Below the pieces are notes generated by a model that was given only the letters and a program-made list of their open reading frames with translations, was not told where the DNA came from and ran no database searches. Both the position numbers and the translations under genes were made by a program. A stretch of 64,000 bases of DNA from Octopus sinensis (taxonomy: Eukaryota). The DNA lies in contig NC_042998.1 in the NCBI RefSeq assembly GCF_006345805.1, positions 65,968,001-66,032,000 of the forward strand, written 5' to 3'. This document shows positions 49,828 to 62,770 of this stretch, piece after piece. How positions within the stretch are numbered: position 1 is the stretch's first letter; every line of letters starts with the position of its first letter.

Positions 49828-52800
49828 CTCGTTCCCTTCTATCTGCTGCTAACATGTGACTGATTTTCTGTCTTCTGCTGTTTCGACACAAGACGCCTAT
49901 AGTACTAGTCAACTTTTTCTCTTCTCTGACTAATTCTGTTTTTATATCAATATGAAAATTTTTTCCAGGCGTTAATCCACCAACCCCATGTTTGACCAAA
50001 AGGTTTTATTTATTTTCTTCATTTATCGATCAAATTATATTTTCTTACTTTCGTACGTCCACCCTGGACTGTCTTGTTTGCTCGAGCCCTAATTCCACGC
50101 AAATGTTGCGTGTAACGACAATATATAAATTTTCTAGTCGTATAGTTAAAAGCACAAAACTGGGTTTTAATACTTTTGGTCGATAGCCGAGGAGAATGGT
50201 ATTCAGTCATTTGATTGTGGATATGTTGGATTACCGCCTTTTAGACGAATTAAATATGAAGAATGGTTTCAAAATGCGGCTCTACATGTTCCAAAGTATG
50301 TATCGAAACTTTCCAAATTTTGAATTTTCGCATTGCATCAATATTTGACGATACTTAATTCTTAAAGAAACCATTATTTCGCAGGTTTGTACAAAATGTA
50401 TATTCGTACAAATTACTCGTAAATATTGTAGGTAAAACCCTTGACTTCCGTACCAAAATCCGTTTTAAACATAACCTTCTATAAGTAGGAGGATGAAAAC
50501 CAAACATTTGAAGAAATCAAATTTAAGTCTGCGAATCAATACTGTGATTGTCACAATGATAGACAGCTGCTGAAAAAAAACATAGAAATAATAGCAAAAA
50601 ATCAAAATAACTTAAAATGTTTAAAATAATTTTGATAACAAAGGAAATATCTCACGTGTTAGCATACAACTACAATTTCTACGACAGACTATGAATGCAG
50701 GTGAAATTTGTTGAGGCAACTCTTGCTGGAGTCCAACGAACTAATTAGTGTCTGTGTTTATCAAGTTAAATGTTACAAGAATGTGATAAATTATATTCAT
50801 CTGTGCACTTGGAATGCAAACTGATTAAATATGGTTTATAACACAACACTATTTTCTATATAAACCATTGTTGAGACGGTTTGTTCAATGCGGGTATTCT
50901 GAAAGAAGACCGAAACATTCCTACTTTCTAATTGGTTATGTTACATGAAATACTTCAAATACTTAGCCATGCGTGCTTGCATCGACGTAACATTTTAATG
51001 AACAAGAATAAGTAAGGTAATGAGGACGATAATGATGCGATAATGAATGTAATATCATTTAGAATGGCAATGACGCTGATACAAAATCGATACATGCATC
51101 GCAGATACATTTTCGTATAAACTTCTGCAAATGCAGACGCTGGATTTATGACGTAGCTTTTTTGTCTTTTGTATTTTGTTGATGTTATCTACTGATGATG
51201 GTTGTTACTGCGTTTAAAGGTAATGAAATATTCCTCTAATCAAACACCTACTTCAAATAGACATGTGTAATCGATAAAATGTGTGATTTATCAAGCCAGT
51301 TATACAGCTGTCTCCTAATTTGCATGAAGCAACAGATAATCTTAGCTTAGCAAACTTGACTGCTTTTGTGACAATTCGCCACAGGATTTTTCTTATTCAA
51401 ACCATATAGATTATAGGTCTGAAGTCAGCAAAACAATTTAAGAGAACATTTAGTAATGACACCGTTCAATAATAGTCATTTTGGATAGTGCCATGGTGTG
51501 TTTCGTGTCATAGGGTGAACTAACTAATCGACATTCTCTGCGTATTTGTTTTCTATACTGCGGCAGATTAATGATACTAGCCGAAGTATTGGTTTTTCAA
51601 ATAAAGAGCTGACAACGAATTCGCTTTACAAGTATGTTTTGTTGTCGGTTCTTGCAGATTAAGTTAGACTGGTGAGAACAGAGAAATTTGAATGAGATTT
51701 CCAGCGCAACGGTGACAAAATATAAGGTCAATCGTGAGGTAAAATTATGAAAATTACATAACTACGCATACATTTAATATTATTCTTTTTCCCAATAACA
51801 TGTCTAGACACGCAGTGATAATATTGGAATAGTTGTACAAATGGTAAACACTGAGCAGTACTTCTGCATAATGAACCGCGACTGTCGCAGTTTGAGTATC
51901 GTTATATAATAAATACAAAGACGAATTCACTACTTAGCTTTATATGTTTCGAATTTCTGCGTTCTGAATTTCCGTATGCAGAGATCAAATTGCCCTTCGT
52001 TCATTCCATATTGAAAAAATATCAATCTGAGCTACGTATTTACTGAACAAGAGACTCAGAAAGAAACCTTGCCGTGCTTCTTCCTGCTCAGATACAAGGA
52101 ATGCTCCACCCTCTCTCTCTCTATTACATACACACTCACACACACGCACAGTAGTTTCCTTTATTTACCGTTGGGCATACAAGCGCCTGTGTATTTGTGC
52201 GCATATGTTAGATCATTCCCAAGGCTCAGATTAATAGACGAATTGTTATTGTTTTCAGTCAATATATGTTATCTGTATACCCATATATTTATACATTTAT
52301 TTTAAAATATATATAATTGTCTGCTGGGAATAATGCATTAATATTGAGTCACATAAACTCCCCTGATCGATTCAGCAGACTACAGTCATATTGATATACA
52401 GCAAATCTGTTTAATTTCTTTTTTGGTTTATGAGTATTTTTTTGTTCTTTTTTTGTGGTTTTCTGCCTATATTTGTACTATCTCTTTTCTATTGGCGATT
52501 CATAATACTTGCGTCGCTTCCAATTATGTAATTTCAACACAGTCTTACATGCATATTACATTTAAGCTAACACTGGACAAGATAAATGTTATATCAGTAT
52601 CCAGCTTGCTGTTACTGTTCTTATTCATGTTGCTATCGTTCTCGTTATAATTATCGTTTCGATAGTATTATAATTTATTATTATCATTGTTGTTTTTGTT
52701 ATTATCAACATCATCATCGTCATCATCATTACTTTTACTAAGGGAGAGAAAGCGTTTATCATTCTCTCCCTTCTCTCGCTATATATATTTATGTAAATAT

Positions 52801-53108
52801 ACATGTATATATGCATATATATACGCATTTATTCATATATTTATATAAATATCTATATATATACATGTGCGTTTATATGAATATATACTTATATATATGT
52901 ATATATATATTTATAATAAGTGTAAGTCGTGTACGAGTGGGTATATATTTATAAAAAAGAAGTTCGTAAACGCCACTAACTAAGATAAATTTTAATTTTC
53001 TTAGAAATTGTTCATGTTTCGGTTCTTCTTCTTCTTCTTCTTCTTCAAAAAGAAAAAAACAGAATCCACGTGGTGTTTTTTTTTGTGGAGAGGAAGCATA
53101 ATAGCTGT

Positions 53109-53162
53109 CTTATGTATTGAATAAATTAAGGAAAATTTTCCTTAATTTATTCAATACATAAG
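53109..53162. repeat. 54-bp perfect spacerless palindrome
   Basis: cttatgtattgaataaattaaggaaaa|ttttccttaatttattcaatacataag; extends to 53103-53168 with one mismatch. Confidence 0.98.
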
Positions 53163-53167
53163 TCAGC

Positions 53168-53235
53168 TTTCTAAAATATTTTTGATAAGGTTCGTTTTTT
53201 CAAGAAGAACCGAAACATGTAAAATTTCTAAGAAA
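53168..53235 (+). ncRNA. Minimal type-I hammerhead ribozyme fold with U3:A8 core
   Basis: TTGATAA (53182-53188), stem II GGTTC/GAACC, GAAA (53212-53215), palindromic ACATGT, GUA site (A at 53221), stem I with 11 of 14 pairs. Confidence 0.65.
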
Positions 53236-53413
53236 ATTAAAATCCTCTTATATAGTGGCGTTTTCAAACTTCTTTATATATATATATATACTTATGTACG
53301 CAATACTAAATAACAGCTACTCATAGTTTCTTGCGATAGAGACACTATGACTAGACCAGTTTATATAACATAATTTCTATTTCCAACGTCCTAGTTTTGA
53401 AATACAAATAACC

Positions 53414-53447
53414 AGGCGCAGGCGTGGATATGTATTAAGAAGTTTGC
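53414..53447 (+). mobile_element. SINE family B head, interrupted
   Basis: aggcgcaggcgtggatatgtattaagaagtttgc, then an abrupt switch to non-SINE sequence. Confidence 0.7.
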
Positions 53448-54010
53448 GCATGCGTTGCTGAGTGCTTTTTATTCACTGCTAGGCGTCACGTCGCTGTATA
53501 TCAACGTCCTGAATTATTGAAAAGGTGAAGCATAACTACCAGGTAAGACATTTGTTTATTGGGGATTCAGTGTGAGTTTGTAGCTCGTGTTTATTTATTG
53601 TTTTCAAAGAAGAAATCTCCACTGAGCTCCACGCATTTGTCTGCCTGTGGTTTTGTTTAAAGTCTCACTTAGCGGTGAGAAGTGTGTTTTGGGGTCGTAT
53701 CCCTCCGCCTATAATTGTACCTATTTTTTATCATTTTTGTGTGACTGATTTCTGGGCCTACTAAGAGGATTACCGAGTTGGCCAGGAGTACCAAGACAGC
53801 CAGAATAGTTTGCTGTGTTTTTTTAACTGTTTCTTGTCTTCTTCCTTCCTTCCTGAATTTTCGTTTTTTTAACGCTATGAACTTTTGTTTTCTGTGAACT
53901 CTTTCAGAAAAAAGCACTTGGCAAAGAAGACAAACAGTACTGCGTTGGAGTGCGAGATTATCCTACCCAAACAATGGATGAAAGATTTTGAGAAGACGGT
54001 GGTGTCATCT
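53446..54010 (+). mobile_element. 5' end of a second, diverged Tx1-like ORF1 element
   Basis: gcgcatgcg start; CAG|GTAAGA donor at 53543; tttcag acceptor at 53907; (L/M)AKKTNSTALECEIILPKQWMKDFEKTVV is homologous to the 18427 ORF. Confidence 0.7.
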
Positions 54011-54370
54011 ACACACCCACACATTGCAGATGCACACACTTACACACGCACATATCCACGGGTCATAATCACTGCTCCCTATCCACATGCACACACGCAC
54101 ACACTCTCATATACACACACACGCGCGCACTTTCCTTTCGAGATCCCCAGCACATTATTATTTCCCATTCTTGCTAGCTCTCCTATCCAACTGCCTTTTT
54201 CCAAGCAGTCGCCATGAGTGACCGGTAAATCCACAAGATTTTTGATTTTATTCTCTCTCTGCTTTTCTTCTCTTATCCCTTCATGTTGAAGAGCGTAGGA
54301 TCGAAACGTAAAAGACCTTCTTACATTCCCGAGCGTCAAATTAATACACTTTCTTGTTGTAAAATACTGT
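54011..54370 (+). mobile_element. Penelope-type pseudo-LTR fragment
   Basis: CA-rich then CT-rich body ending tgttgaagagcgtaggatcgaaacgtaaaagac...; same family as 61490-61650. Confidence 0.55.
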
Positions 54371-54527
54371 ATAGTGAGCAGGAAATCGACTTTTCACTAA
54401 GGTTTATTTTTTCCAAGTAGTTGTTGCTGAAATACAATCAAACTTCAACACCGCGTGACATTTCTTGAATAATCGCAGGCTAACGTTTTGTAATAAACAT
54501 TCACTCTCGTGAATCAAACCCTGATTC

Positions 54528-54975
54528 AAACACCAGAGATGACAGTGACATGGAAGTAGAACATCGCTAATGCAGAGCAACGGAAGGAGAAAAGGTACGA
54601 AAAATTAATCGAAAAGTGCAGAGAACGGGGATGGACAGTCGAGGATTACCACCTGGCAGTGGGCGCTAGAGGCTTCATTGAAAGGAAAATGACAACGTTA
54701 TTCAAAAGAACGTTTCCATTTTCTAGCTCAGAACTGAGAAAGTTGATAAGGAGGATATAGGAAAAAGCTAGATTCCGAAGCGAGAAGACCAAAAATATCT
54801 TGAAAGCCATAACATGCCGACTAGGAAATAACTTCGCTAGATGAGACTGGATGACACTTAAGCAGCATCGGTGATTGACAGGTAGTAGTTTCATTTATGG
54901 TGCTCCATCATCCTGGTTCAAAGGCTTGTACCACCAAACATCTCGTCGGGACTGGCTGCTGAAACTGAAAATAAC
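54528..54975 (+). mobile_element. HERO-like (R2 superfamily) retrotransposon 3' end with REL endonuclease
   Basis: EMTVTWK*NIANAEQRKEKRYEKLIEKCRERGWTV...VGARGFI (cf. ELTVPWE...KY...GW...VGxRGF); ends ctgaaactgaaa. Confidence 0.7.
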
Positions 54976-56469
54976 ACGACACCTGGAAGGCAGGTTTAGA
55001 GAGAGAGAAAGGGCTAATATTACACGCCCTTCCCCTTCATTGCTCAGTTGAAGTTTAGACAGTGTCAAGTGGCAACTAGCTGGCGCTGGCTGCTGGGGCC
55101 TACCAGCGAGTATTTAAAGAGAGATTTGGCATGATTATCAATCGCCCGCTACCAGTCGTTCACGTTGCATCGAAGAGGCCAGGGAACAGAAGAAACAAAG
55201 AGAAAGAAGAAACGCACTCAACACCAGACCTGAAGACACCTCCGAAAGGCAGGGCCCACAACGTCGAAAACGGTAGAGGAGTAGAGGTCGAAACCAGACA
55301 TGGTTCCTCCTGATAATGTCTTTAGCCACTGTATCCTATAAAGGAGCTGTTGAAGTAGCGAAGCACAGAACGTGGTTGGAAGTCCCCAGTCTTGCAGATA
55401 AATTCACAGGTGTGTGTTGATCTTACACGAGAATTAATTTCGTAATCATTTCACTTCTATCAGTAGAAATTTTCCGCTTGCTTTTGAAACACAGCAGCTA
55501 CCATTTCCAGTAATTCATATATCACGCCTCTAACTGGCCGACGCTGCGTTAGAATGTTCAGTAAGTGTTAATTGTATTTAGATGAAAAAAGATTCCTCAA
55601 TACGACTAAACGTATAATTAAGAACGGCAATTCTCTGAGCTTTAGCGACATTTCTGAGAATATCTTAAATTTCAAGAAATGTTTCAAATGAGCGGTTTAA
55701 TTCGTTCAATATACATTTAAAGTTGAGTTAAATTCTAAAATATGTGCCTTGAAGTTCTTTTTATTGCAAATTCTTTAATTAGAATTTCATCTCTTGTGAT
55801 ACAGGGACTACAAATGCATTGTTCTACTGTTTTGTAGATATTTTACTTGCTTCCTTTTGTCATTAGTACATTTGCATATTTCTTAGTGTGCACCACATGA
55901 TTAAGTAGATATTTCCTTTATACACTCTGACTCAGCCATGTCTTGAGCTTCCTTTATAAAACTTATTCCATGATGCGAACATTCGATATAGATATGTAAC
56001 CGGTATTAGACCTTCAATGTGTCAATATGAAATAAATTATAGTAGCGTAACACATAGACATGAATATTCGTTTAATTTCAGCGTTACGTCTTTGACACAT
56101 ACCATCTCTATCATCAATATTATGGCCATTGTTCTTGTCATCGACCCTATCCTAAAAACCAGTAATCAATTAGGCAGAATTTATCATAATCGGCTCTAGC
56201 AGATAAACACTTCATCACATTGATTCCAGAAGAACAGAAAAATAGAAATAAAATCCTTTCCCAAATTGCCAGGAAGATATTCTCGTATGTTTCATTATCG
56301 TTATGTTCTTTTTATCACGACGTTTTTTTTTTCTTCTCAACCTGGACATTTTTTGCTCAGTTAAGCTTAACTTCGCTTCTTGATACAAATAAAAAGATTA
56401 AGTAGATTGCACAGAAACCATGACTGACATATTTAGTTCATTTGACCATTCTGAAGAAACACTATAAAC

Positions 56470-56525
<56 letters not shown>

Positions 56526-57008
56526 GGAGAAATACTCCAGCAATTCATCTAACAAAAAACATTAAGCGTATCCCTACCATATAGGATGCGCAGGATCCGG
56601 GTCCGTGCAGCAGATGCAACAAATAAACAATAAACACAGATTTTGGCGTGTAATGAGGCGTTTTATTGTTTCAGATCTCACCATTTAAGAAGATCAAAAA
56701 CATGAATGATCAGCAAATTGCATCGAAATATTCCGTTGCGTTTCAACCTGCACATGCAATATTGACATATTCTCTTCTCTCACGTTTCATAAACACTTGA
56801 ATCGTCGATGCGATTTTAAAAAAAAAAGCGGTTTTCTCCAAAGAATTACTCAGGAACGTTCATAACTCTGAAATACGGAAATACGAGTTGCAACTAACAA
56901 TCTTTTTCACTTTCATAAATTGCATTGTTTTGACTGTTAACCAAACATAATTATATACATATATGTGAGTGTGTGGGTGTATGTGTCTGTGTGTGTCCGT
57001 GCGTGTGT

Positions 57009-57135
57009 AGGTGGTAGCGTGGCTGTGTGGTAATAATTTGTTTCCCATCTACATGGTTTCGTGTTTCGTCTCACTTCGTGGTACCTTGTAGCGTGTGTCT
57101 TCCACTATAGCCTCGGGCCAACCACAGCAGGCGTA

Positions 57136-57176
<41 letters not shown>

Positions 57177-57365
57177 GTGTGCCTGTAAGATTGTGTGTGC
57201 ATTTGTGCTAGCGCACTTCTACTGCTTGACAACCGGTGCTGGTGTGTTTACCTCCCCGTGAACTAGCGCTTCAGTAAGAGAAAAATAGAATAAATACCAG
57301 GTATTAATTGGTAAGTTCGACTAATTTTTACTCTCAAAGTGTTGCTCAAGTATGAGTGAAACAAA
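57009..57365 (+). mobile_element. SINE family B, decayed
   Basis: gcgtggctgtgtggtaat head, ctatagcctcgggcc body, ttgacaaccggtgctggtgtgtttac second half. Confidence 0.75.
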
Positions 57366-57399
57366 TGTGCCAGATAAATGATTAAAGATGCATACATGT

Positions 57400-57597
57400 G
57401 TTAGTGCCTCCACCTTCGCTTGACAACATATTTTCGAGTGTTTACGTTTCCGTAACATAGTAAGTTGACAAAGAGCCCGATAGGATGAGCTACTAGGCCT
57501 GGGAAGAGTGAGTCCAGGGGTCGATGTGTTCGACTAAAGACGGTGCTCCTGCATAGGCGCAGTCAAAGGACTGAAACAAGGAAAGCAATAGAAGAAT
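57400..57597 (+). mobile_element. SINE family B tail half
   Basis: ...ggggtcgatgtgttcgactaaagacggtgctcc...gcagtcaaaggactgaaacaag. Confidence 0.75.
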
Positions 57598-57674
57598 AAC
57601 CAACACACACACACATAGGTACATTCATACACATACATATACATATATATATATATATAAATATATATATATAT

Positions 57675-57720
<46 letters not shown>

Positions 57721-57734
57721 GTGTGTGTGTGTGT

Positions 57735-57772
<38 letters not shown>

Positions 57773-58570
57773 AGAATGATGTATTCAAATGATATGTACA
57801 ATGTCTTTATAGAACGAAATTACAGTTGGACCACCAGTGACAGAGTGGTATATAGGATGTCTATATCTGCTTTGTGGCGTTTGTTTATTTTAATGTTTTA
57901 CTTTGTTACTAAATTATCCCCTTATATGGTTTATATTCCTACACACATCAGGAAAACACAATGTTACAGCGTGTGAATTTTGATATGAGTATAGTTATGT
58001 CATATAAGGAATGAGATGCAGTCGTCATTACGTCTGAGGGTGTTTTTTTTAGTATAATTATTTGAACAGTTTTATTATATTTACAAATGAAAGACAAATT
58101 AGTTGATAATTGCATAGGCCATATTTTAACATGAATTTATAAGGGGATATCATTTTCCTCAAATACTACTGTCCTATAGAAACACAAATATTTGAGCATT
58201 GCAATGAATATTTCTACTTTTAAATGTTTAGATATTGCAAAATGTTCAAAATATCTCTGTTCAATCATATTTAATTGACAATGGATACCATACAAATATT
58301 GATTTCGGTAAAAGCATGTCTTTTATATAATATCAATGTAAGCGGCTTATGTGGAACACAGGCTAGAATAGGAAAGAAGAATTAACACATGGAAATATAA
58401 TACATCAAGGAAGCAATCATAAAGTGTTTTAGCCTCTAAATATAAAACAAATATCATAAATCACATTATTACCATTTCGTCTGTTATAAAAACTACAGCT
58501 GTGTCAGAAACGTGGAGTAAGAATAAATATTTCCGACAATAGAATGGGCTTCTTCATTAAATATGCAGTT

Positions 58571-58965
58571 AGGCGCAGGAGTATCTGTGAGATAAAAAAA
58601 AGTATGTTTCACAACCTCATTGTCTCCGGTTCAGTCGTATTGCAGTTCCTTGGGCAAGTCTTTTCTACAGTAGCCTCGGGCTGACGAAAGCCTCGTTATT
58701 GGACTTGGTAGATTGACACTGAAAGAGGCCCATCATGTGTGTGTATATATACATAGATATATGTGTGTGTGTGTGTATGCGTGTGCTCCTGTGTCCCCAC
58801 GTTTTGACATCCGGTGTTGGTGTGTTTATGTTCAGGAACTCAGCAGTTTGGGAAAAAAAACATTCGTAAGTAACAGGCCTAAAAAATATAAGTACCAGGC
58901 TCGATCACTTCGACTACAAACTCTTCAAAGTGTGAAACAAGCAAAAAATTTAAAAATAAAAGATT
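58571..58965 (+). mobile_element. SINE family B, decayed
   Basis: aggcgcaggagt head, cttgggcaagtcttttctacagtagcctcggg body, tgtgaaacaag tail. Confidence 0.75.
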
Positions 58966-59127
58966 CGATGCAGGGTGCTATATATTCCCAAAGAACGGTC
59001 ATCGCCAATGGACAGTATCTACAGGTTTTCAGCCAATGCAAGAAATAACAGCTCTTTTACAGACACATTTAGTTGCAGTTACACAAGAGTGGTGACTTTT
59101 ATCGTTCTCTTTAGGTAAATCATATGT

Positions 59128-59500
59128 GGAGGCGCGATGGCCCAGTGGTTAGGGCAGCGGACTCGCAGACATAACATCGCAATTCGATTCTTAGGCCGGG
59201 TCTTGTGAGTATTTATTGAGCAAAAACACCGAAAGCTCAACGAGACTCCGGAATGTTGTGGTGGCGAACCCTTCTCTACATTTTCTCTCACTACTTCCTG
59301 TTTCTGTTGCACCTGTATTTCAAAGAGCCAGACTTGTCACACTCTGTGTCACGCTGAATCTCCCCGAGAAATACGTGAAAGGTACATGTGTCTGTGGAGT
59401 GCTAAGCCATATACACGTTAATTTCACGAGCAGGCTGTTCTATTGATTGGATCAACTGGAACCCTCGTCGTGGTAACCGACAGAGTGCCGTAAAAGAAAA
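59128..59500 (+). mobile_element. tRNA-derived SINE family C
   Basis: ggaggcgcgatggcccagtggttagggcagcggactc (tRNA A-box), ttcgattc (B-box), then a unique body of about 300 bp. Confidence 0.75.
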
Positions 59501-60624
59501 CTGTAAACCATATAATTGCTACAAAATATACGGTCGGATAATGTGATGATTCGTCCGGTCATAATTATATGAAAATAAAAAAAAAATAAGACATTCTAGA
59601 ATCTTTTTTAGAGAGCGACAAAATCGATGCACTTTAAAATATGAATTGAAAATCCTTCAAAGTTCTTAATTTTACCTTTCCTACGATAGAAATTATACAA
59701 AATATTTTAAACGATCTTAAATGCTGCTATCACATGTTACACTATGAAGGGTAATGTAAATTCACCTGTCTCCCAGTCTATTTTCTTGCGTTCCACTGCG
59801 GAGGTGTTGTATGTACAGTGTTTATATATACTGTTTCCTCTGCATTTATTAATGGAGATATCAAATTTTGGTTGGGGCTCTCTGCTTATTTTGATTTACC
59901 GTTAGCTATGCCTACTGCATTTAAGAGAACCTCAAGTGCCAGGGATATTTACACACACAAACACTAATCGTATATATGTATTTAAGGTAGAACTGTCTAT
60001 GATACTTTAGACCCACTGCAGTTGTATAAATAGTTATTTTGGAGTGTGTTGAGGAATTTGTATTACATCACCTGTAATGATCGTTCAAAACTATTAATCC
60101 ATCAAGGCTTTTGTAGGATATAGAAAAATTGTTCTTATACGAGTATAATTAAATTATATTCGTTAAATATATTTTATTATTCAAAGTAGTGACAATGGTA
60201 CATAATTTTATTGTGATGGAAACACAATCAGTTTGCATTACTGAAGGAAAATTTCGTTAATATGTGGCTTATAGAAGTAGTGCTTACTATGTTCAGTGAT
60301 ATACGATAAATAGAACAGATGAGCAGCTGTATGGAGGCACTTGAATGTGTTCTCATTAGCCGTTATACAACACTTATACGAAGAAAGGTGTCATAACATT
60401 CAGCAGTTCTGTCAATAGAGTATTCATTATTAAGGACCTGTCGTTATTGAAATAGAGTAAATTATAAAAGGCATTTCAGTTTAAGGCGTCGAAATATGAA
60501 GAATGAATTTACATAAAATGCATGTATGTTTATCCAACTATCCGTGTGTCGCTGTCTCTCTTTCTCCCTCCCTCTTTGACACACACACTTTCTCTCTCTT
60601 TCTCCCTCTCTCTTTGACACACGT

Positions 60625-60713
<89 letters not shown>

Positions 60714-60900
60714 GAACATCGGTTAAACGGGACGCCGCTTGGCTGACCGGTTCGCGGAACACCTCCGTGACATCAGACTCGGCAATGATACCTCGGTCTC
60801 GCGCCATTTCCGCTCTATCGGTCATTCACTACATCTATCTATTTTCGGACTGTCTTAGCACAGCGGACTGTTTTGCACCACATGGGCTCAACTCCTCTCA
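60714..60900 (+). mobile_element. Penelope-like (Poseidon-type) GIY-YIG fragment
   Basis: IG*TGRRLADRFAEHLRDIRLGNDTSVSRHFRSIGHS. Confidence 0.8.
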
Positions 60901-61489
60901 TCTCCTTCACTGACTCCCCACCCCTATCCTCATCCGATTCCCTTCCTCTCTTAATCTGAAACCTACTTCCTCTCTTCACTCCCATCCACCTCCACTCTTG
61001 ATGTTTAAAATTTCTAACTACATGCTTAAAATTTTTAACTATATGCTTAAAGTTTCGAATTCATTATGGGATAGCACAGAAAAACATGTAGTTTCTTTTT
61101 TAAATTCTTTTTGAGCTTTACAATATGTAATCAATATATATGTATTGTAAATATTTTAAAATAAATATTTAAACAATTTTTAGCACATAAAAAATTGTCA
61201 TACCTCCAACACTAATTGAGTGAAAATTAAAAGCAAGTTGCTTTGTAAATCTATCAATCGTGTGACTATGAAACACATAAGGACTACGCAATAAGTCAAG
61301 TTATAGGTCAACGTAAATCGATGGGTGTTTATATCTCAGGATCACTGACAAGAGCATTATTCCATGACACCACTGATTTCAATGAGTTTGACCCAGTATA
61401 TACTGTATATGTGTATATATGTGTGAGTGTATGTGTGTGCATGCGTGCATGTGTATATATTGACCGCTAGCTCCAAAAGTTGCTTTTTC

Positions 61490-61650
61490 TTGAATTATCT
61501 TTCTGTTTATTTCCTCGTGTTCCTTTCTGTTGAAGAGCGTAGACTCGAAGCGTAAAAGACTTTCTCACATTCCCATGCGTTAATCAAATACAGCTGGTTG
61601 TTGTTTATACACATTTCTTCGTCTTTTGTTGTTCTGTAAATTTCAACCAT
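61490..61650 (+). mobile_element. Penelope-type pseudo-LTR terminus
   Basis: ttcctttctgttgaagagcgtagactcgaagcgtaaaagactttctc...; homologous to 54280-54370. Confidence 0.55.
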
Positions 61651-61659
61651 ATGTATATA

Positions 61660-61907
<248 letters not shown>

Positions 61908-62089
61908 TACGGTATATTCTTTTAAGAACCTAGTTCATTAAAAAGCGCGTACGCCTTCAGATTTACCCTCTGTTATTCAGTAGTAGAATAAAAACGTACT
62001 TCCAGGTTTCTGAATCTTCCATCTGTGAATTCGTAATTGGAAACATTGGATGGAACAAAAACACGTACTAATGGGCATTTGTTTTTTCA

Positions 62090-62310
62090 TTACTACAATT
62101 GTTTCCACACGACGTGGTCCTCCAGGTGTGCAGGTACTTGATTATACAAGGATTTTCCTGCATTTTGTGCTCCAGCTGTATTTCCAGAAGCGGTTTGTAA
62201 TTTTTGTCTCCATAAGTTTATAATCTTTGGCTTCAAGAACATCCAATCTGTCTGTCGTGACCACAATTTAGTAGTTACGAAGCTTATAAGGATGTTTGGC
62301 TGCTGAAGGG
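62090..62310 (+). mobile_element. Possible RTE-type APE endonuclease C-terminal relic
   Basis: HTTWSS...CRDHNLVVTKL resembles the TWxS...SDHxLV motifs. Confidence 0.4.
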
Positions 62311-62683
62311 ACGTTGACAAAATGCTTTCATTGTGTAGATGTAGTGGGACTGTTATTCCGGTACTGTTGCCTCCATTTTAAATGTTGTCTCCATTTTAAA
62401 GGGATTGGTATTTTATTTCTTAGTCATGCTGATTTGTTTTCCGTGATTGGTTACAAATGTATATAAACATACCTACACTCGCCCGCATATACATACACAG
62501 ACAGTCGCGTGTGCATACACACGCTTACACAGGTATATATATCTACTGATAAATACTCACACGCATGCGCATAAACTCACACGCCAATATATAAATATAT
62601 ATATTCATATATATATATATATACACATATGCAAACAATTATGTAATATAATACAATATAGTATAATATAATATTATATATAT

Positions 62684-62733
<50 letters not shown>

Positions 62734-62734
62734 C

Positions 62735-62770
<36 letters not shown>

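Larger units (their letters stand above)
52952..53277. mobile_element. Foldback structure: about 78-bp inverted arms around a perfect palindrome and a hammerhead fold
   Basis: 52952-53030 is the reverse complement of 53200-53277 (aagaagtt..aaacgccacta..ttttaattttcttagaaatt..catgtttcggttcttctt). Confidence 0.85.

Noticed and set aside
59128-59200. tRNA gene (also the heads of SINE A and B copies)
   Set aside because: A and B boxes are present but there is no complete cloverleaf, and the sequence continues into a SINE body
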